A stretch of DNA of 64,000 nucleotides, taken from Planctomycetota bacterium. Its GTDB lineage: Bacteria > Planctomycetota > JAJSAM01 > JAJVHW01. The DNA lies in assembly GCA_965248445.1 (NCBI GenBank), contig CBDFJG010000004.1:320001-384000 (forward strand). Direction: 5' to 3'. Positions 18,126 through 28,178 of this stretch are shown here, in pieces. The position numbers and the translations under genes are program-made. The notes below the pieces were generated by a model. That model searched no databases, had not been told where the DNA came from, and saw only the letters and a program-made list of their open reading frames with translations. The first letter of the stretch is position 1, and each line of letters opens with the position of its first letter.

Positions 18126-18569
18126 TCACGGTCGCCAGTGGTACTCGACATCCGGTTCGCTCTCGGGCGGCGGACTGAGACCGAATCGTACGGCCGTGAA
18201 CTCGTGCTTCTCGTAGAACTCGCAAGCCGGGGTGTTCTTCTGGTGTGTGCAGAGTTCGAGGCCGTCCGGCCGGAGCTGCTGGGCACGCTGCAACAGCGCC
18301 GTTCCGATGCCGCACCGTTGGTTCCGCGGGTGGATGTAGAGGCGGTCGATGTACGACTCGCGGATCGCCAGGAAGCCCGCGAGCCGCCCGGCGATCTCGG
18401 CAACCCAGACATCGTGCGTAGGGACGATGTTCTCTGCGAAGTACCCGACATCCTGCGTAAGCGTGTGCAGCTCGAGGTATGGATACGCGTCCTCCATCGT
18501 CTCGTGCCAGAGCAGGACGAGTGCGTCGAAGTCTTCCGGCCGGTAGCGCCGCAGAGTCGGGATTGCCAT
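18126..18569 (-). CDS. GNAT family N-acetyltransferase
   Basis: LYIHPRNQRCGIGTALL acetyl-CoA motif; N..A..FYEKHEF. Confidence 0.9.
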   Translation of the reverse strand: MAIPTLRRYRPEDFDALVLLWHETMEDAYPYLELHTLTQDVGYFAENIVPTHDVWVAEIAGRLAGFLAIRESYIDRLYIHPRNQRCGIGTALLQRAQQLRPDGLELCTHQKNTPACEFYEKHEFTAVRFGLSPPPESEPDVEYHWRP

Positions 18570-18633
18570 TGCGTCAGCACTCTACTGAGCTGCAAGCTGG
18601 CTCGGCATGCGTTTGGCGAGGCGGGGGCCGGCG

Positions 18634-19704
18634 CTAGCGGCGGCGGCCGCCGCCCGGATCCTGATCACGGGCGTCTGGATCGCCGCCGTCTTGCGCGTCG
18701 CCGTCGCGGCGTCGCTTCCTGCGATCGGGTCCGCGTTCCGAGCCACGTCGCGGGGCCTTCCGCCGGATCGAGGCTTCGGAGTACAGCCGGCGGACCTCGA
18801 CCTCGATCTGCGTGCGGCGCTCGGCCGCGGGCAGGTCCTTCGTCTGCTCCCAGAGCGTGCGCACCTCGGCGAGTTGATCGGGCCGAAGATGGAACAGCTG
18901 CCGGCGAGTGTCTTTCGACATCTCGCGGAACAGCACGCGCCGCACCTCGTACCAGTGCTGCTTCTGCTTGAAGCGCTGCACTTGACGGGCGCGCTCTTCG
19001 GGCGGTGAGCGGAGGAACGGATCGAGGAACGCGCTCTCGAACACCGGCGCGAAGTCCATCGCGTAGCGATCCATCTCGGCCTGCATGAACTCCCTCATGC
19101 GCGCGTGGCGTTCGCGGCCCTTCAGCGTGTCGAACTCGGTGCGTTCTGCTTCGGACAGGTCCTTGAGGACGTGCTCCTCGACACGCTGGCGTGCCTCGCG
19201 GGCCTTCTGGCGCCGTTCGTCCTCGGACAGGTTCTTCCACTCTTCTCGCTGCCACGGACCGGCCAGCTTCAGCATCGAGTTCTTGAAGTACGCGTGGAAC
19301 CGGCGCCGCGCCATCGCGTGGACGTAGGCGGTCTCGTCTTGCGACAGGTTCGCCAAGCGCGGCTTCCCGACCAGGTCGAGAAGCGCTTGGTGCCGCTCGC
19401 GCATCTTCTCGTGCTTCTTGCGGAGCGTCGCCGGATCGCGGCCGTCGAGGCCCAGCAGGCGGTCCTCGCCGATCTTCTGGACCTTCTTGCGCAGTTCCTT
19501 GCGGCGAGCCTCGGGCAACGACTTGAACCGCACCAGGGCACGCTTCAGGCGTGCCTTGCGGTCCTTGCCCATGCGCTCGACGAGGTCCATGCGGTACGCG
19601 AGGTCGCCCTTCGCCGCGTCCTGAGCGGTGGCGCTCGGGGACAAGAGCGTTGCGGCGCCGAGCGCCAGCGCAGCCAGCAACGACAGGCGGAAGCGGCGCG
19701 TCAT
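18634..19704 (-). CDS. Secreted helical protein (DUF3106-like), third gene of the ECF operon
   Basis: Signal peptide; repeated W/F-xx-L-[PS]-xEER helices; abuts the anti-sigma gene. Confidence 0.65.
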   Translation of the reverse strand: MTRRFRLSLLAALALGAATLLSPSATAQDAAKGDLAYRMDLVERMGKDRKARLKRALVRFKSLPEARRKELRKKVQKIGEDRLLGLDGRDPATLRKKHEKMRERHQALLDLVGKPRLANLSQDETAYVHAMARRRFHAYFKNSMLKLAGPWQREEWKNLSEDERRQKAREARQRVEEHVLKDLSEAERTEFDTLKGRERHARMREFMQAEMDRYAMDFAPVFESAFLDPFLRSPPEERARQVQRFKQKQHWYEVRRVLFREMSKDTRRQLFHLRPDQLAEVRTLWEQTKDLPAAERRTQIEVEVRRLYSEASIRRKAPRRGSERGPDRRKRRRDGDAQDGGDPDARDQDPGGGRRR

Positions 19705-20292
19705 CTAGCCGCCCTCCTCGTCGGAGAGGAGCTCGTCGAGCGCATCGAGCGACTCGGTCTCGACGGACTCGAGCAGGTCGAGGTCCTCGATGAGCGCGAT
19801 CAGCTCGCTCGGGTCGCCCGAGCCGTTCAGTTCCTCGAGCGCGTCGAGGTTGGCCAGGAGGGGCAGATCCTCGGCGATCGCCTGGATCTCCTCCTCCGTC
19901 AGGACGTACGCGATCTCCGGCTCCGTCGAGTCCGACTGCTTGCCGTAGGGCGAGAAGTAGAACGCGAGGAACAGGGCCGCGGCAACTGCGGCTGCGACGG
20001 TCCACGGCCGGATCAGGCGGCCCCGCGGTGAGGATGCCGGCGCCCGCGCGGCCCGCAGCACCCGATCCGCGAACTGTGTGCCGGGCTCGATCGCCGGCAG
20101 GCCCGCGACGGCGTCGCCAGCCCGCGAGAGCAGAGCGGCCTCCGCATGGCACGCGGCGCAGGCGGAGAGATGCGCCTCGACGCGCGTCGAATCCGACGCG
20201 GTGAGCTCGCCGTCCAGGTGGGCGACGAGATCCTCGAGCGCCAGGTTCGGGCACCCTTGCGGGTTGATCGATGGGTTGTGCGGGGTGGTCAT
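19705..20292 (-). CDS. Zinc-finger (zf-HC2) membrane anti-sigma factor
   Basis: HLSACAAC HxxxCxxC motif, LDGEL, single TM. Confidence 0.88.
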   Translation of the reverse strand: MTTPHNPSINPQGCPNLALEDLVAHLDGELTASDSTRVEAHLSACAACHAEAALLSRAGDAVAGLPAIEPGTQFADRVLRAARAPASSPRGRLIRPWTVAAAVAAALFLAFYFSPYGKQSDSTEPEIAYVLTEEEIQAIAEDLPLLANLDALEELNGSGDPSELIALIEDLDLLESVETESLDALDELLSDEEGG

Positions 20293-20346
20293 GGCTTGTT
20301 CAGGGGTTCGTGTTCGTCAGCGTGTTCGTCAGAGGCCGGTTCGTGT

Positions 20347-20946
20347 TCAGAGGTCGGGGGCGCTTCCGGCGTTCCAGTATGGCAGGAGGCGCTCCTTCAC
20401 GTTGACTCGCGCGCGGGTCAGCAGGCTCTTGATTGCGGGGACCGACAACTCCATCGCGTCGGCGGTCTCCTCGTAGGAGAGGCCCTGGTACTTGTTCAGC
20501 AGGATCGCCGTCTTCTGCCTCTCGGGCAGCGAGTCGATGATGGAACGCAGGACCTCGGCCACCTCGTTCTCGTCCAGCCGTCGCCCGGGCTCGGGGGCCG
20601 CCGCGTCCTCGAACTGAACGGCCAGTTCCCCGTCGGGGCCGGCCGGCATCTCGGCGCTGAAGCCCTTGCGCGCCTTCCTGGCCCGCAGGTGGTTCAGGCT
20701 GGCATTGACGGTGATCCGGTGGATCCACGTCGAGAACCGCGCTTTCGGCTCGTACCTCTCCTTCGCCCGGAAGACCCGGAGGAACACCTCCTGTGCCACG
20801 TCCTCGGCATCTGCCGTGGACCGGACATAGCGGAACGCCAGGCTCACGATCCGCTTCTGGAACCCGTGTACCAACTCCGCATACGCGTCCTCGTCGCCCC
20901 CCTGGAACCGGAGCATCAGTTCAGTCGCGGCGTCGAGGTCGGGCAC
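20347..20946 (-). CDS. ECF RNA polymerase sigma factor
   Basis: DAEDVAQEVF, FSTWIHRITVN, LPERQK, GLSYEETA, IKSLLTRAR; start approximate. Confidence 0.92.
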   Translation of the reverse strand: MPDLDAATELMLRFQGGDEDAYAELVHGFQKRIVSLAFRYVRSTADAEDVAQEVFLRVFRAKERYEPKARFSTWIHRITVNASLNHLRARKARKGFSAEMPAGPDGELAVQFEDAAAPEPGRRLDENEVAEVLRSIIDSLPERQKTAILLNKYQGLSYEETADAMELSVPAIKSLLTRARVNVKERLLPYWNAGSAPDL

Positions 20947-21103
20947 GTGCGGAATTGGCCACCGGCCCGCTTCTGGAACCCTCCGCCGCCCGAAGGGTTT
21001 CGGGGGGCCGGGGAGTCGAGGCTGCCGGGCTCGATTGGCGATCCTCGCAGCCGCCGGCAGGATCGTCCAGAGCGGGCGGGGCAGGCCGGTAGCCTTGCGC
21101 ACG

Positions 21104-24100
21104 ATGCGGAAGGCGCTCGTCGTGGCCCTGTTCCTGCTGTCGGGCGCGGCGGCGCTCGCCTACCAGGTCTCGTGGACCCGGCACCTTGTGCTGGTCTTCG
21201 GCAACACGACCCGGGCCGTGGCTCTGATTCTGGCGGCCTACATGCTCGGGCTGGCCCTCGGCTCCGAGTTCGGCGGGCGGCTGGCGGACCGGGCCAAGCG
21301 TCCGGTCCTGCTCTACGCGATCTTCGAGGCGGCCATCGGGATCTTCGCGCTCGCGTTCCCGCCTCTGGTGGGCGGCGTGCGCTCCACCTACATCTCGCTC
21401 GGTACCGACGCGTTTCCCGTCCTGTTTGGCGGTGCCTTCCTCGTGCTGCTCGTGCCGACGTTCCTGATGGGGACCACGCTGCCGCTCCTGGTGCGCACGG
21501 TCGTGCGGGATCCGGCGAAGACCGGCGGGGACGTCGGGCTGCTGTACGGCATGAACATCGTGGGCGCAGTGATCGGGACGGCGATCACAGGGTTCTGGCT
21601 GATCGAGCACGCCGGCGTGCTCGGCGCCACGCGCTACGCCGCCGCGCTCAACGTGCTGATCGCGCTGCTCGCGTTGGCCGTCCCGCGACTTCCCACGCGG
21701 AGTCCCCCCACGCCGGCCGCGCCGGTGGTCTCGGAGAAGGAGACGGTCGAGGTCGCCGTTCCTCCCGGGTCGCTGCGCGCCTCCAAGGCAGCCCAGTCCT
21801 CCACAACAGCAAGGGCGGCGATGATCGCCGCGTTCGGAGGCGGTCTCGTCGGACTCGCAGCCGAGGTCGTGTGGACGCGCCTGCTCGTGTTCTTCCTGCA
21901 GGGGTTCACGTACACGTTCACCGCGATGCTCGCCGTGTTCCTGTCGGGCCTCGCTCTCGGCGGATTCGTGTTCGGGCGCGTTGCGCTGCGCACGAAGCGG
22001 CCGGCACTCCTGGCCGGCCGGCTGCAACTGCTGCTGGGTGTGGCGTCGGCTGCGGCCTTCCTGGTGCTGGCCAACCACTACCCGCTGACAAAGGGGGTCT
22101 TCCGGTTCGTCGGTGAGAGCCTCGGCATCGAGACGCTCCGTCCGCGCCACATCACGTCGCTGCTGCTCGCGAGTGCGACCGTGCTCATCGTGCCCACGTT
22201 CCTGATGGGCGGCGTGCTTCCGTTGGCGGCCGCGGCGTACCAGCGCGGACTGGCCGACCTCGGCACACGCATCGGCCGCCTGTACGCGGCGAACACCATC
22301 GGCGCCGTGCTCGGCGCGCTGATCGCGGGCTTCCTGCTCGCACCGCTGGCCGGTCCGGCCTGGGCGGCGGTGTGGGTGGCGCTGGCCGCCGTCGGGACCG
22401 GCGCGCTTGTCGTGTTCACGGTCGATGGCGTACGCCGAACGGCGCTCCCGGTTGCGGCGGCCGTGGTTGCCACCGTCGTGCTGCTCGCGCTTGCCGAGCC
22501 GTCCCGTCCGTTCCTGACACGGTCGCACGTGTTCCTCGGTGCACGCGGCCGGGAGCACACGCTCCTCGATTCGCGCGAGGGCGTCGTGTGCCAGGTCTCC
22601 GTCGTCGAGAACGAGCGCGAGGGGTTCCGCCTTCTCTACACCGACGAGTTCCAGGCGGCCGGAACGCGGCCCGAGTACCGGTACATGCGCATGCTGGCTC
22701 ACTTGCCGGTGGCCATGACCGACGACCCGACGCGCGTGCTCGTCGTCTGCTACGGCACGGGGACGACCTGCGCCTCGGCCGCGACGCACCCCGAGGTGCG
22801 CGAACTCGACATAGTCGAGATCAGCCCCGAGGTGATCGACGTCGCGTCGTACTTCGGACACGTCAACAACAACGTGCTGTCGGGAGCCGGCCGGGACGAC
22901 CTGACCGTGCGCGTACACGTCGACGACGGCCGCAACTTCGTGCTCCGCAGCAAGGAGCAGTGGGGCGTCATCTCGCTCGAACCGCTGATGCCGTACACCC
23001 CGGCCGCGATTCACTTCTACACAGAGGACTTCTACCGCGAGTGCCGACCGCGCCTGACGGAGGGCGGCATGATGTGCCAGTGGATCCCGCTCCACGGCCT
23101 CTCTCGCGCGCACCTGCGCCAACTCGTGTCGGCGTTCGTCAACGTATTCCCGGGTGCGGCGATGTTCCACGTCGAGGGCGCCGTCGCGCTCATCGGCGGC
23201 AAGTCGCCGGTCACGCTCGACCACGGTGCCATCGCTTCCCGCCTCGCAGCTCCGCCGGTGGTGGCGGACCTGTCGGCTGCCGGATTTGCCGATCCCGTGC
23301 GCGCGTTGGCGACGGTCGTCTCGACGGGTGACGCCCTCGATGAGTTCGGCGCCGTCGAGCCGATGACCGACGAACACCCGTGGCTCGAGTTCCACCCGAT
23401 TCCGGCCGGTGTGCAGCCGAAGCACCTCTGGGAGAACCTCGGCGCGATGCGCGAACTGCGCGAGGCGTACGTTCGGCTCCCCGTCGAGAGAAACGCGCAA
23501 CTCGATGCGCGCTACGAGACCGCACGCGACGTCGGCAATCTGATCCTCGAGGCGCAGCACCTGCTCGAGGAGGCCGGACTGCTCCAGCGGCTGAAGCAGA
23601 CCGATGGGGCGCTGACCTCGCTTCGTGGCGCACGCGAAGCCCTCCATCACGCGACGGCGATCGATCCGGTCGATCCAGCAGCCCGCCGCGGGTACGAGTC
23701 CGTCGAGCGGACCTGGCGGACGATGTCGGCCGACGCCTACATACAGGCCGGTGACTTGCCGGCGGCCGAGCGCGAACTGAAGCGTGCGCTCGGGTACCGC
23801 ACGGAGACACAGCGGGACGTCGTCCCGACACTGCTCGCGACCGTGCTGAACCGCCGCGAGGAGTTCCTCGATGCGCTGTCTCACGCGACCGAGGCGACGA
23901 TGCTGTATCCCCGCGGCCGTGATGCGCTGGCAGAGCGCGCGTACGCGCGCGCAGCGCTCGGCGACATGGCGGGCGCCGCCGCGGACTATCGCCGCGCACT
24001 CGGTGACGACGACCCGGAGGTTCTGGGCGCGCGACTCGCAGGCGACGCGCGGCGTGCGCTCGACGCTGCGCCCGGCGACGACGAGGCGACGCTGACCGAG

Positions 24101-24694
24101 CGCATCGAGACCGCGCTGGGCGGACAACGGCTCGCCCGCATACCGGCGACGCACGTGCTGCGTCTGCTGCGAGCGGACCACCCCGACGGGTTCTCCACGC
24201 ACTTCGCAGACGACATCGCTGTGCTCGCGGCCGACGCCCCGGACCCCGGCGCGAAGATGGCGGCGCTCAAGCGGGTGTGGATCGCGGCGCCTCACGGGGC
24301 GGGGGACGCAGCGTTGCAGGTCGCTCGCGACCCACAGGCGTCGCAGTCCCTTGGCCGCGCCGCCACCGAGGCGTTCGCGGAACTCGCGCCCGGGCGGATC
24401 GACGAGTTGCTGGACGCCACTCTCCCCGTCCACGTTCTGGCCACGGCCGCGCGCGCCGCCGGCGGCTCGCCGTCGATGCGGCCGGGACCGGCACTGCTGG
24501 ATCTGCTGGAGCACGAGGACGCCGCAGTGCGCGACGGCGCGAGGCGCGGGCTCTACAGCCTGACCGGCGGCCGGCCGGATGCACTCGCGGTCCTCGACAC
24601 CACGGCGTGGCCCTCGGAGAGTTACAGCGATGCGGTGTTCGCCATCCGGGAGTGGTGGCAGCGGGCCTACGAGATGGGCGCGCCTCCCGAGTAG
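21104..24694 (+). CDS. Fused MFS-like membrane/spermidine-synthase-like SAM-binding protein with C-terminal TPR and HEAT repeats
   Basis: Two membrane repeats (SGAAALAYQVSW; GLAAEVVWTR), VLVVCYGTGTT, VEISPEVI, DDGRNF, FYTEDFY, then TPR/HEAT-like helices. Confidence 0.85.
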   Translation: MRKALVVALFLLSGAAALAYQVSWTRHLVLVFGNTTRAVALILAAYMLGLALGSEFGGRLADRAKRPVLLYAIFEAAIGIFALAFPPLVGGVRSTYISLGTDAFPVLFGGAFLVLLVPTFLMGTTLPLLVRTVVRDPAKTGGDVGLLYGMNIVGAVIGTAITGFWLIEHAGVLGATRYAAALNVLIALLALAVPRLPTRSPPTPAAPVVSEKETVEVAVPPGSLRASKAAQSSTTARAAMIAAFGGGLVGLAAEVVWTRLLVFFLQGFTYTFTAMLAVFLSGLALGGFVFGRVALRTKRPALLAGRLQLLLGVASAAAFLVLANHYPLTKGVFRFVGESLGIETLRPRHITSLLLASATVLIVPTFLMGGVLPLAAAAYQRGLADLGTRIGRLYAANTIGAVLGALIAGFLLAPLAGPAWAAVWVALAAVGTGALVVFTVDGVRRTALPVAAAVVATVVLLALAEPSRPFLTRSHVFLGARGREHTLLDSREGVVCQVSVVENEREGFRLLYTDEFQAAGTRPEYRYMRMLAHLPVAMTDDPTRVLVVCYGTGTTCASAATHPEVRELDIVEISPEVIDVASYFGHVNNNVLSGAGRDDLTVRVHVDDGRNFVLRSKEQWGVISLEPLMPYTPAAIHFYTEDFYRECRPRLTEGGMMCQWIPLHGLSRAHLRQLVSAFVNVFPGAAMFHVEGAVALIGGKSPVTLDHGAIASRLAAPPVVADLSAAGFADPVRALATVVSTGDALDEFGAVEPMTDEHPWLEFHPIPAGVQPKHLWENLGAMRELREAYVRLPVERNAQLDARYETARDVGNLILEAQHLLEEAGLLQRLKQTDGALTSLRGAREALHHATAIDPVDPAARRGYESVERTWRTMSADAYIQAGDLPAAERELKRALGYRTETQRDVVPTLLATVLNRREEFLDALSHATEATMLYPRGRDALAERAYARAALGDMAGAAADYRRALGDDDPEVLGARLAGDARRALDAAPGDDEATLTERIETALGGQRLARIPATHVLRLLRADHPDGFSTHFADDIAVLAADAPDPGAKMAALKRVWIAAPHGAGDAALQVARDPQASQSLGRAATEAFAELAPGRIDELLDATLPVHVLATAARAAGGSPSMRPGPALLDLLEHEDAAVRDGARRGLYSLTGGRPDALAVLDTTAWPSESYSDAVFAIREWWQRAYEMGAPPE

Positions 24695-24850
24695 CGCGAG
24701 ACCGGCGTCACGTCGCGAAAAACGCCACGATCCGGCGGACGCGCCTATTCTTGGCGGCTTCGGGCTCGATACGAGCCCCAAGTCCTCACCGGTGAGCTCT
24801 CACCGAGTGCAGATCCAGCCCGCCATCACCGTCCGCAGGAGACCCGCCCC

Positions 24851-25276
24851 ATGCACGCAGTCATCGACACGACGAAGGGATCCATCACGTTCCGGTTCGA
24901 CCGGGAGAAAGCACCCACCACGGTGGAGAACTTCGTCAAGCTCGCGCGCAAGGGCTTCTACGACAAGACGACGTGGCACCGAGTCATCGACAACTTCGTG
25001 ATCCAAGGCGGCTGCCCGCGCGGCGACGGCCGCGGCGGTCCCGGCTACACGATCGATGCGGAGTTGTCCGACCGCAAGCACCTGCGCGGCACGGTTGCGA
25101 TGGCGCGCGGACGCAGTCTGAACAGCGCAGGTTCGCAATTCTACATCTGCCGCTCGACGCTCCCGCACCTCGACGGTCAGTACACGGTGTTCGGCACCGT
25201 GACGACCGGACTGGACGTGGTCGACAAGATCGGCATGGGCGACGAGGTGAAGCGGGTCTCGATCGTCGACGAATAG
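24851..25276 (+). CDS. Cyclophilin-type peptidyl-prolyl cis-trans isomerase
   Basis: APTTVENF, HRVIDNFVIQGG, AMAR, GSQFYI, HLDGQYTVFG. Confidence 0.95.
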   Translation: MHAVIDTTKGSITFRFDREKAPTTVENFVKLARKGFYDKTTWHRVIDNFVIQGGCPRGDGRGGPGYTIDAELSDRKHLRGTVAMARGRSLNSAGSQFYICRSTLPHLDGQYTVFGTVTTGLDVVDKIGMGDEVKRVSIVDE

Positions 25277-25289
25277 TCGCACAGCGCGC

Positions 25290-25344
25290 GTGAATCGCAG
25301 CGGCGGTGCGTCCCGGCGGGGGGCGTACCGCCGCTGTGATTCAC
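25290..25344. terminator. Long hairpin between convergent genes (bidirectional terminator candidate)
   Basis: GTGAATCGCAGCGGCGGTGCG ... CGTACCGCCGCTGTGATTCAC, near-perfect with G-U pairs. Confidence 0.6.
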
Positions 25345-25871
25345 ACCGACGCGATGGCGTCGTCCCGGGTGATTGCGAACCCGTCGAGTGTGCCGCCGAG
25401 GTCGTCCTCCGGCGGATGGAACGCCGCGTGCCACGCGAGCGGAAACACGGCGTCCCGTTCGCGTCCGAGCAGTGACAAGTACTCCGCGATCCGCTCGGCG
25501 TCCGGCACCACGACGCCGTGCCAGAGCGGGACCTGACCGCCGGCCGCAACGAGTGTGGGCTCGCGATCGCGCAGCGAGCCATCGTCGTCGGTCGCGTACG
25601 TGAGGTGTCCGGTACACTCGCTCCCGTCCGCGAGCCGAACGACGGTCCGGAGCAGGTACTTGCCATCCGGGAACGCGAGTGAGCCGTCGGGTGTGGCCGC
25701 GGCGGTGTCGAGGGGCATCACCGTCCCGGCGTCCGGTCCCGACAGGTGCCCGTCGGGGCCGGGGAACCACCAGACGCCGCAGGCCTCGAGGTCTGCCGGC
25801 GTCAGCGAGTCCAGTTGCCTCCGTCCCGGGTACGGGTCGTCCGGTTCATGCGGTTCGCATTCGCTGCTCAC
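25341..25871 (-). CDS. Hypothetical protein
   Basis: Protein-like composition and codon usage; no family recognised. Confidence 0.6.
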   Translation of the reverse strand: MSSECEPHEPDDPYPGRRQLDSLTPADLEACGVWWFPGPDGHLSGPDAGTVMPLDTAAATPDGSLAFPDGKYLLRTVVRLADGSECTGHLTYATDDDGSLRDREPTLVAAGGQVPLWHGVVVPDAERIAEYLSLLGRERDAVFPLAWHAAFHPPEDDLGGTLDGFAITRDDAIASV

Positions 25872-25888
25872 CCGCGGAGGCTATCCGG

Positions 25889-26086
25889 TCAGAGCGCGAG
25901 GGCGACGCCGACGGCGAGAGCGATGACCGTCACTGCGATCGCCGCGATGAGCGCCAGGCGAGGGCGCGGGTGCAGCGGAAGCGGGATCACCGGCGGCGGA
26001 GCGTCGACCACGTCATTGTCGTCCAGCCAGGCGACCGGCACCGCGGTGCGCCATGGGGGTGTGCCGGAGGTGGGGCCGCTCTTCAT
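25889..26086 (-). CDS. Small hypothetical membrane protein
   Basis: 65 aa with C-terminal hydrophobic helix. Confidence 0.4.
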   Translation of the reverse strand: MKSGPTSGTPPWRTAVPVAWLDDNDVVDAPPPVIPLPLHPRPRLALIAAIAVTVIALAVGVALAL

Positions 26087-26315
26087 AGCTCGCTCGATGC
26101 TTGTAGATCGGGCTCGCCTGCGAGGCAGTGAAGAGGTCTTCGTGAAGATCTTGCGGGCCGCCGGGGTCTGCGTGCGCCGCGAGCCTCCGCGTGCGTGGGG
26201 GCACGCTGCTCGGCAATGCGCTCGAGCCGTGGACGGGCGAGCGCGGCAAGGTGGCGGTCCTCATCACGCTGCGTGACGCCTGTTCGTCGTCCCGGTCAGC
26301 CTCGCACCGCCCGTC

Positions 26316-27470
26316 CTACGGGAAGCTGGTCGTTCCGAACTTGTTGTTCTCGAACGTGTTCGCGTCTTCGGCGACGTCGCTCAGCAGGTCGAAGCCACCG
26401 CTGCCGCTGACCTTGTTCTTGCGGAACGTGTTGCCTCCCTGGAGCACGAACATCCCCGTGGCGGGGCTGTTCTTCACGACGTTCTTCTCGTACAGACCGC
26501 TGTCCGACCGCGCTGCCAGGCCGTTGCTGCCCGCGTTGCTGATCTTGTTGCGCGTGACCGTCGAGTTGGGCGCGTTGTCGACAATGCCACCGAACGCCAC
26601 GTCCCTGACGACGTTGCGCGTGACGTCCACGCCCGTGGCCACCGGCGAGACGAAGATCCCGACGGCCTCGCTGTCGAACACCCGGTTCTTGCTCACGACG
26701 ACGTCCGTCGAGAGCACCGAGATGCCGCCGGAGAGGCCCGTACGGACGACGCGGTTCTTGGCGATGACGGCGCCGCTGCCGTTGGCACGGACGCCGAACT
26801 CACAGTCGTTCATGCGATTCCGTTCGCAGCGAGCCCCGGGCGCCGCAATGAACACGGCGCGCGACGTGGTGCCCTCGAAGCGGTTCTTGCTGACCACGAT
26901 GTCGCTGCCGCCGCCGGTCGAAACGCCGTCGCGCAGCCCTGGAGTGAAGCGGGACTTCGTGACCGAGAGGCTGTCGGAGGAGAACCCGCTGATCCCCACG
27001 CGCCCGGCGTCGACCGCCGACGCGCCGCCGATGCTGCACTTCGTGACGACTCCGTCGTTCGAGTTGTCGAACCGGATGCCTGTGCCGGCCGGATTGGTGA
27101 CGGTGCACTTGCTGACAGTTGCGTTGGCGGACTCTTCGATCAGGATGCTGTCGCCCTGGCCTTCGACGACCACGAGTCCCGAGATGGAGATGTTCGGGCA
27201 ATCACCGGCCACGACCTGCACGTCGGTCGAGCCGTCCCCGATCTGTGGCTTGCCCTTCCCGACGACCTTGATGTCCGCGAGACCACTGATCACCAGCCGC
27301 TCAGGGTAGGTGCCCTTCTTGATCACCAGCTTGTCGCCGGCCGCGAGTTGCGACACGGCGTCCGCGAGGGGCGTCCCCGCGCCCGGCTCGACCGTCACCG
27401 TCGCGGCCTCGGCGACACCGGAGAGAGCGATCCAGAACGCGATGGAGAACGACCAGACCCGGCTATGCAT
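26316..27470 (-). CDS. Secreted right-handed parallel beta-helix protein (NosD/CASH-like)
   Basis: Signal peptide, GDKLVIKKGTYPE, regularly spaced GI...V.KN repeats. Confidence 0.82.
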   Translation of the reverse strand: MHSRVWSFSIAFWIALSGVAEAATVTVEPGAGTPLADAVSQLAAGDKLVIKKGTYPERLVISGLADIKVVGKGKPQIGDGSTDVQVVAGDCPNISISGLVVVEGQGDSILIEESANATVSKCTVTNPAGTGIRFDNSNDGVVTKCSIGGASAVDAGRVGISGFSSDSLSVTKSRFTPGLRDGVSTGGGSDIVVSKNRFEGTTSRAVFIAAPGARCERNRMNDCEFGVRANGSGAVIAKNRVVRTGLSGGISVLSTDVVVSKNRVFDSEAVGIFVSPVATGVDVTRNVVRDVAFGGIVDNAPNSTVTRNKISNAGSNGLAARSDSGLYEKNVVKNSPATGMFVLQGGNTFRKNKVSGSGGFDLLSDVAEDANTFENNKFGTTSFP

Positions 27471-27515
27471 GCAGTTGCCTCCCTATCGAGCAGCTCTCGG
27501 CGTGGAACCCCGTCG

Positions 27516-28121
27516 CTATTCGTCGGCGACCACTCGGTCGGCCTTGTACTTCACCTTGAACTTGCCCTTGATGCGCTGACCGGCGTACTCGCCGGCGCCG
27601 CCGACGACGCCCTCGAACTTGAACGTCACGTTCATGATCAGCTTCTGGGCGTTCTTCTTCGTCTTGATGCTCCCCTTCGGCTTGACCGCGTCGAAGTTGA
27701 TGAACTCGACGGTGACCTTCGGCTTCGCTCGGAGGATCGTGTCGGTGGACGCCTGCCACGTGAGGACCGGGAATGCGTCGGTCAGGTCTTGGATCACGCC
27801 CAGGTACCCGGCCGCCTTGCCCTTCTTGAACGCGGTGTTCAAGTTGTTGTTGTTGAACACCGCCGGGAACGGGAGCGACTCCGCCGGCGCGATGTCCATG
27901 CGAATGCGACTCTGCAGATCCGTGTCGGAACGGATGTTCTCGACCTCGAACGCGTCGACCATCTTGGCGACCGTCTTCCCGCCCTCGTCCAGGATCTTGC
28001 CCTTGATCGAGGTCTGGATCGTCCCGATCCAGTCGCCACCGTCGATGGCGACCGCCTCGCCCGTCAGGCAAGCCATCGCGAACACCGCCACCAGCGTCGT
28101 CTTGATCCACGTCGACTTCAT
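27516..28121 (-). CDS. Secreted hypothetical protein
   Basis: MKSTWIKTTLVAVFAMACLTGEAVA signal peptide; strong codon bias. Confidence 0.7.
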   Translation of the reverse strand: MKSTWIKTTLVAVFAMACLTGEAVAIDGGDWIGTIQTSIKGKILDEGGKTVAKMVDAFEVENIRSDTDLQSRIRMDIAPAESLPFPAVFNNNNLNTAFKKGKAAGYLGVIQDLTDAFPVLTWQASTDTILRAKPKVTVEFINFDAVKPKGSIKTKKNAQKLIMNVTFKFEGVVGGAGEYAGQRIKGKFKVKYKADRVVADE

Positions 28122-28178
28122 TTCTGCCTCTCCACTGATCCCCTGCATCCGCTCCGCCTCCGGAGCCAAGCCGGGAGC

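Noticed and set aside
20305..20350. Short repeats GTTCGTGTTC / CGTGTTCGTCAG between sigma and anti-sigma
   Set aside because: Too short and irregular for CRISPR or iterons; likely local slippage.
20921..24781. 1286-aa minus-strand ORF (also 29076-31826, 32688-34565, 2535-4391)
   Set aside because: Arg/Gly-rich shadow frames opposite clearly identified genes, expected in high-GC DNA.
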